Positions 17,145 through 17,178 of a DNA stretch of 17,178 bases are shown here, piece by piece. A program made the position numbers and the translations under genes. Location of the stretch: NCBI GenBank assembly GCA_039179045.1, contig JBCDEZ010000033.1, forward strand, positions 1 through 17,178, written 5' to 3'. The notes below the pieces were generated by a model, which had not been told where the DNA came from, ran no database searches, and saw only the letters and a program-made list of their open reading frames with translations. Each line of letters starts with the position of its first letter. Within the stretch, counting starts at the first letter, position 1. The DNA is from Chlamydiota bacterium. Its GTDB lineage: Bacteria > Chlamydiota > Chlamydiia > Chlamydiales > SM23-39.

Positions 17145-17178
17145 ATGCGAAAATGTGATTGGAAAAGAGTTAACCGAG
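17145..17178 (+). CDS. IS5/IS903-group transposase, N-terminal fragment (partial)
   Basis: Translates as MRKCDWKRVNR; identical to copy 1 except N instead of H at codon 10. Confidence 0.75.
   Translation, partial: MRKCDWKRVNR

Larger units (their letters stand above)
17054..17178 (+). mobile_element. Left end of a second IS5-family (IS903 group) copy, inverted relative to copy 1, truncated by the window edge
   Basis: GGTCTTGTTGAAAAAATC at 17054-17071, SD AAGGAG at 17133-17138, ATG 17145; reverse complement of 30..154 at 119/125 nt. Confidence 0.88.

Noticed and set aside
1..17178. Linear plasmid or phage with terminal inverted repeats
   Set aside because: Content is chromosomal housekeeping genes; the repeats are offset by 29 nt, carry mismatches and are explained as IS ends.

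Overview
The window is a block of core chlamydial-type housekeeping genes, most likely from an environmental member of Chlamydiota (inferred from gene order and protein character), bounded at both edges by the left ends of two near-identical IS5-family (IS903-group) insertion sequences. The two IS copies are inverted relative to each other and their transposase genes read outward, so the window is probably a whole contig broken at IS copies. On the + strand lie sucC-like, sucD-like and an M50 site-2 protease with a TPR-like tail, all overlapping. On the - strand lie serS, a VIT1/CCC1-like protein, a P1B-4 heavy-metal ATPase, a CIRCE-controlled hrcA-grpE-dnaK operon with a terminator, and then a small coiled-coil protein, an M16C (PreP-like) metalloprotease and htrA. 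The most unusual feature is the succinyl-CoA synthetase pair. Both ORFs are open and near full length with a plausible promoter, yet SucD has lost the GHAG phospho-histidine loop and SucC has lost its ATP-grasp motifs. This suggests a catalytically dead or repurposed pair coupled to an intramembrane protease. No rRNA, tRNA or CRISPR array was found.
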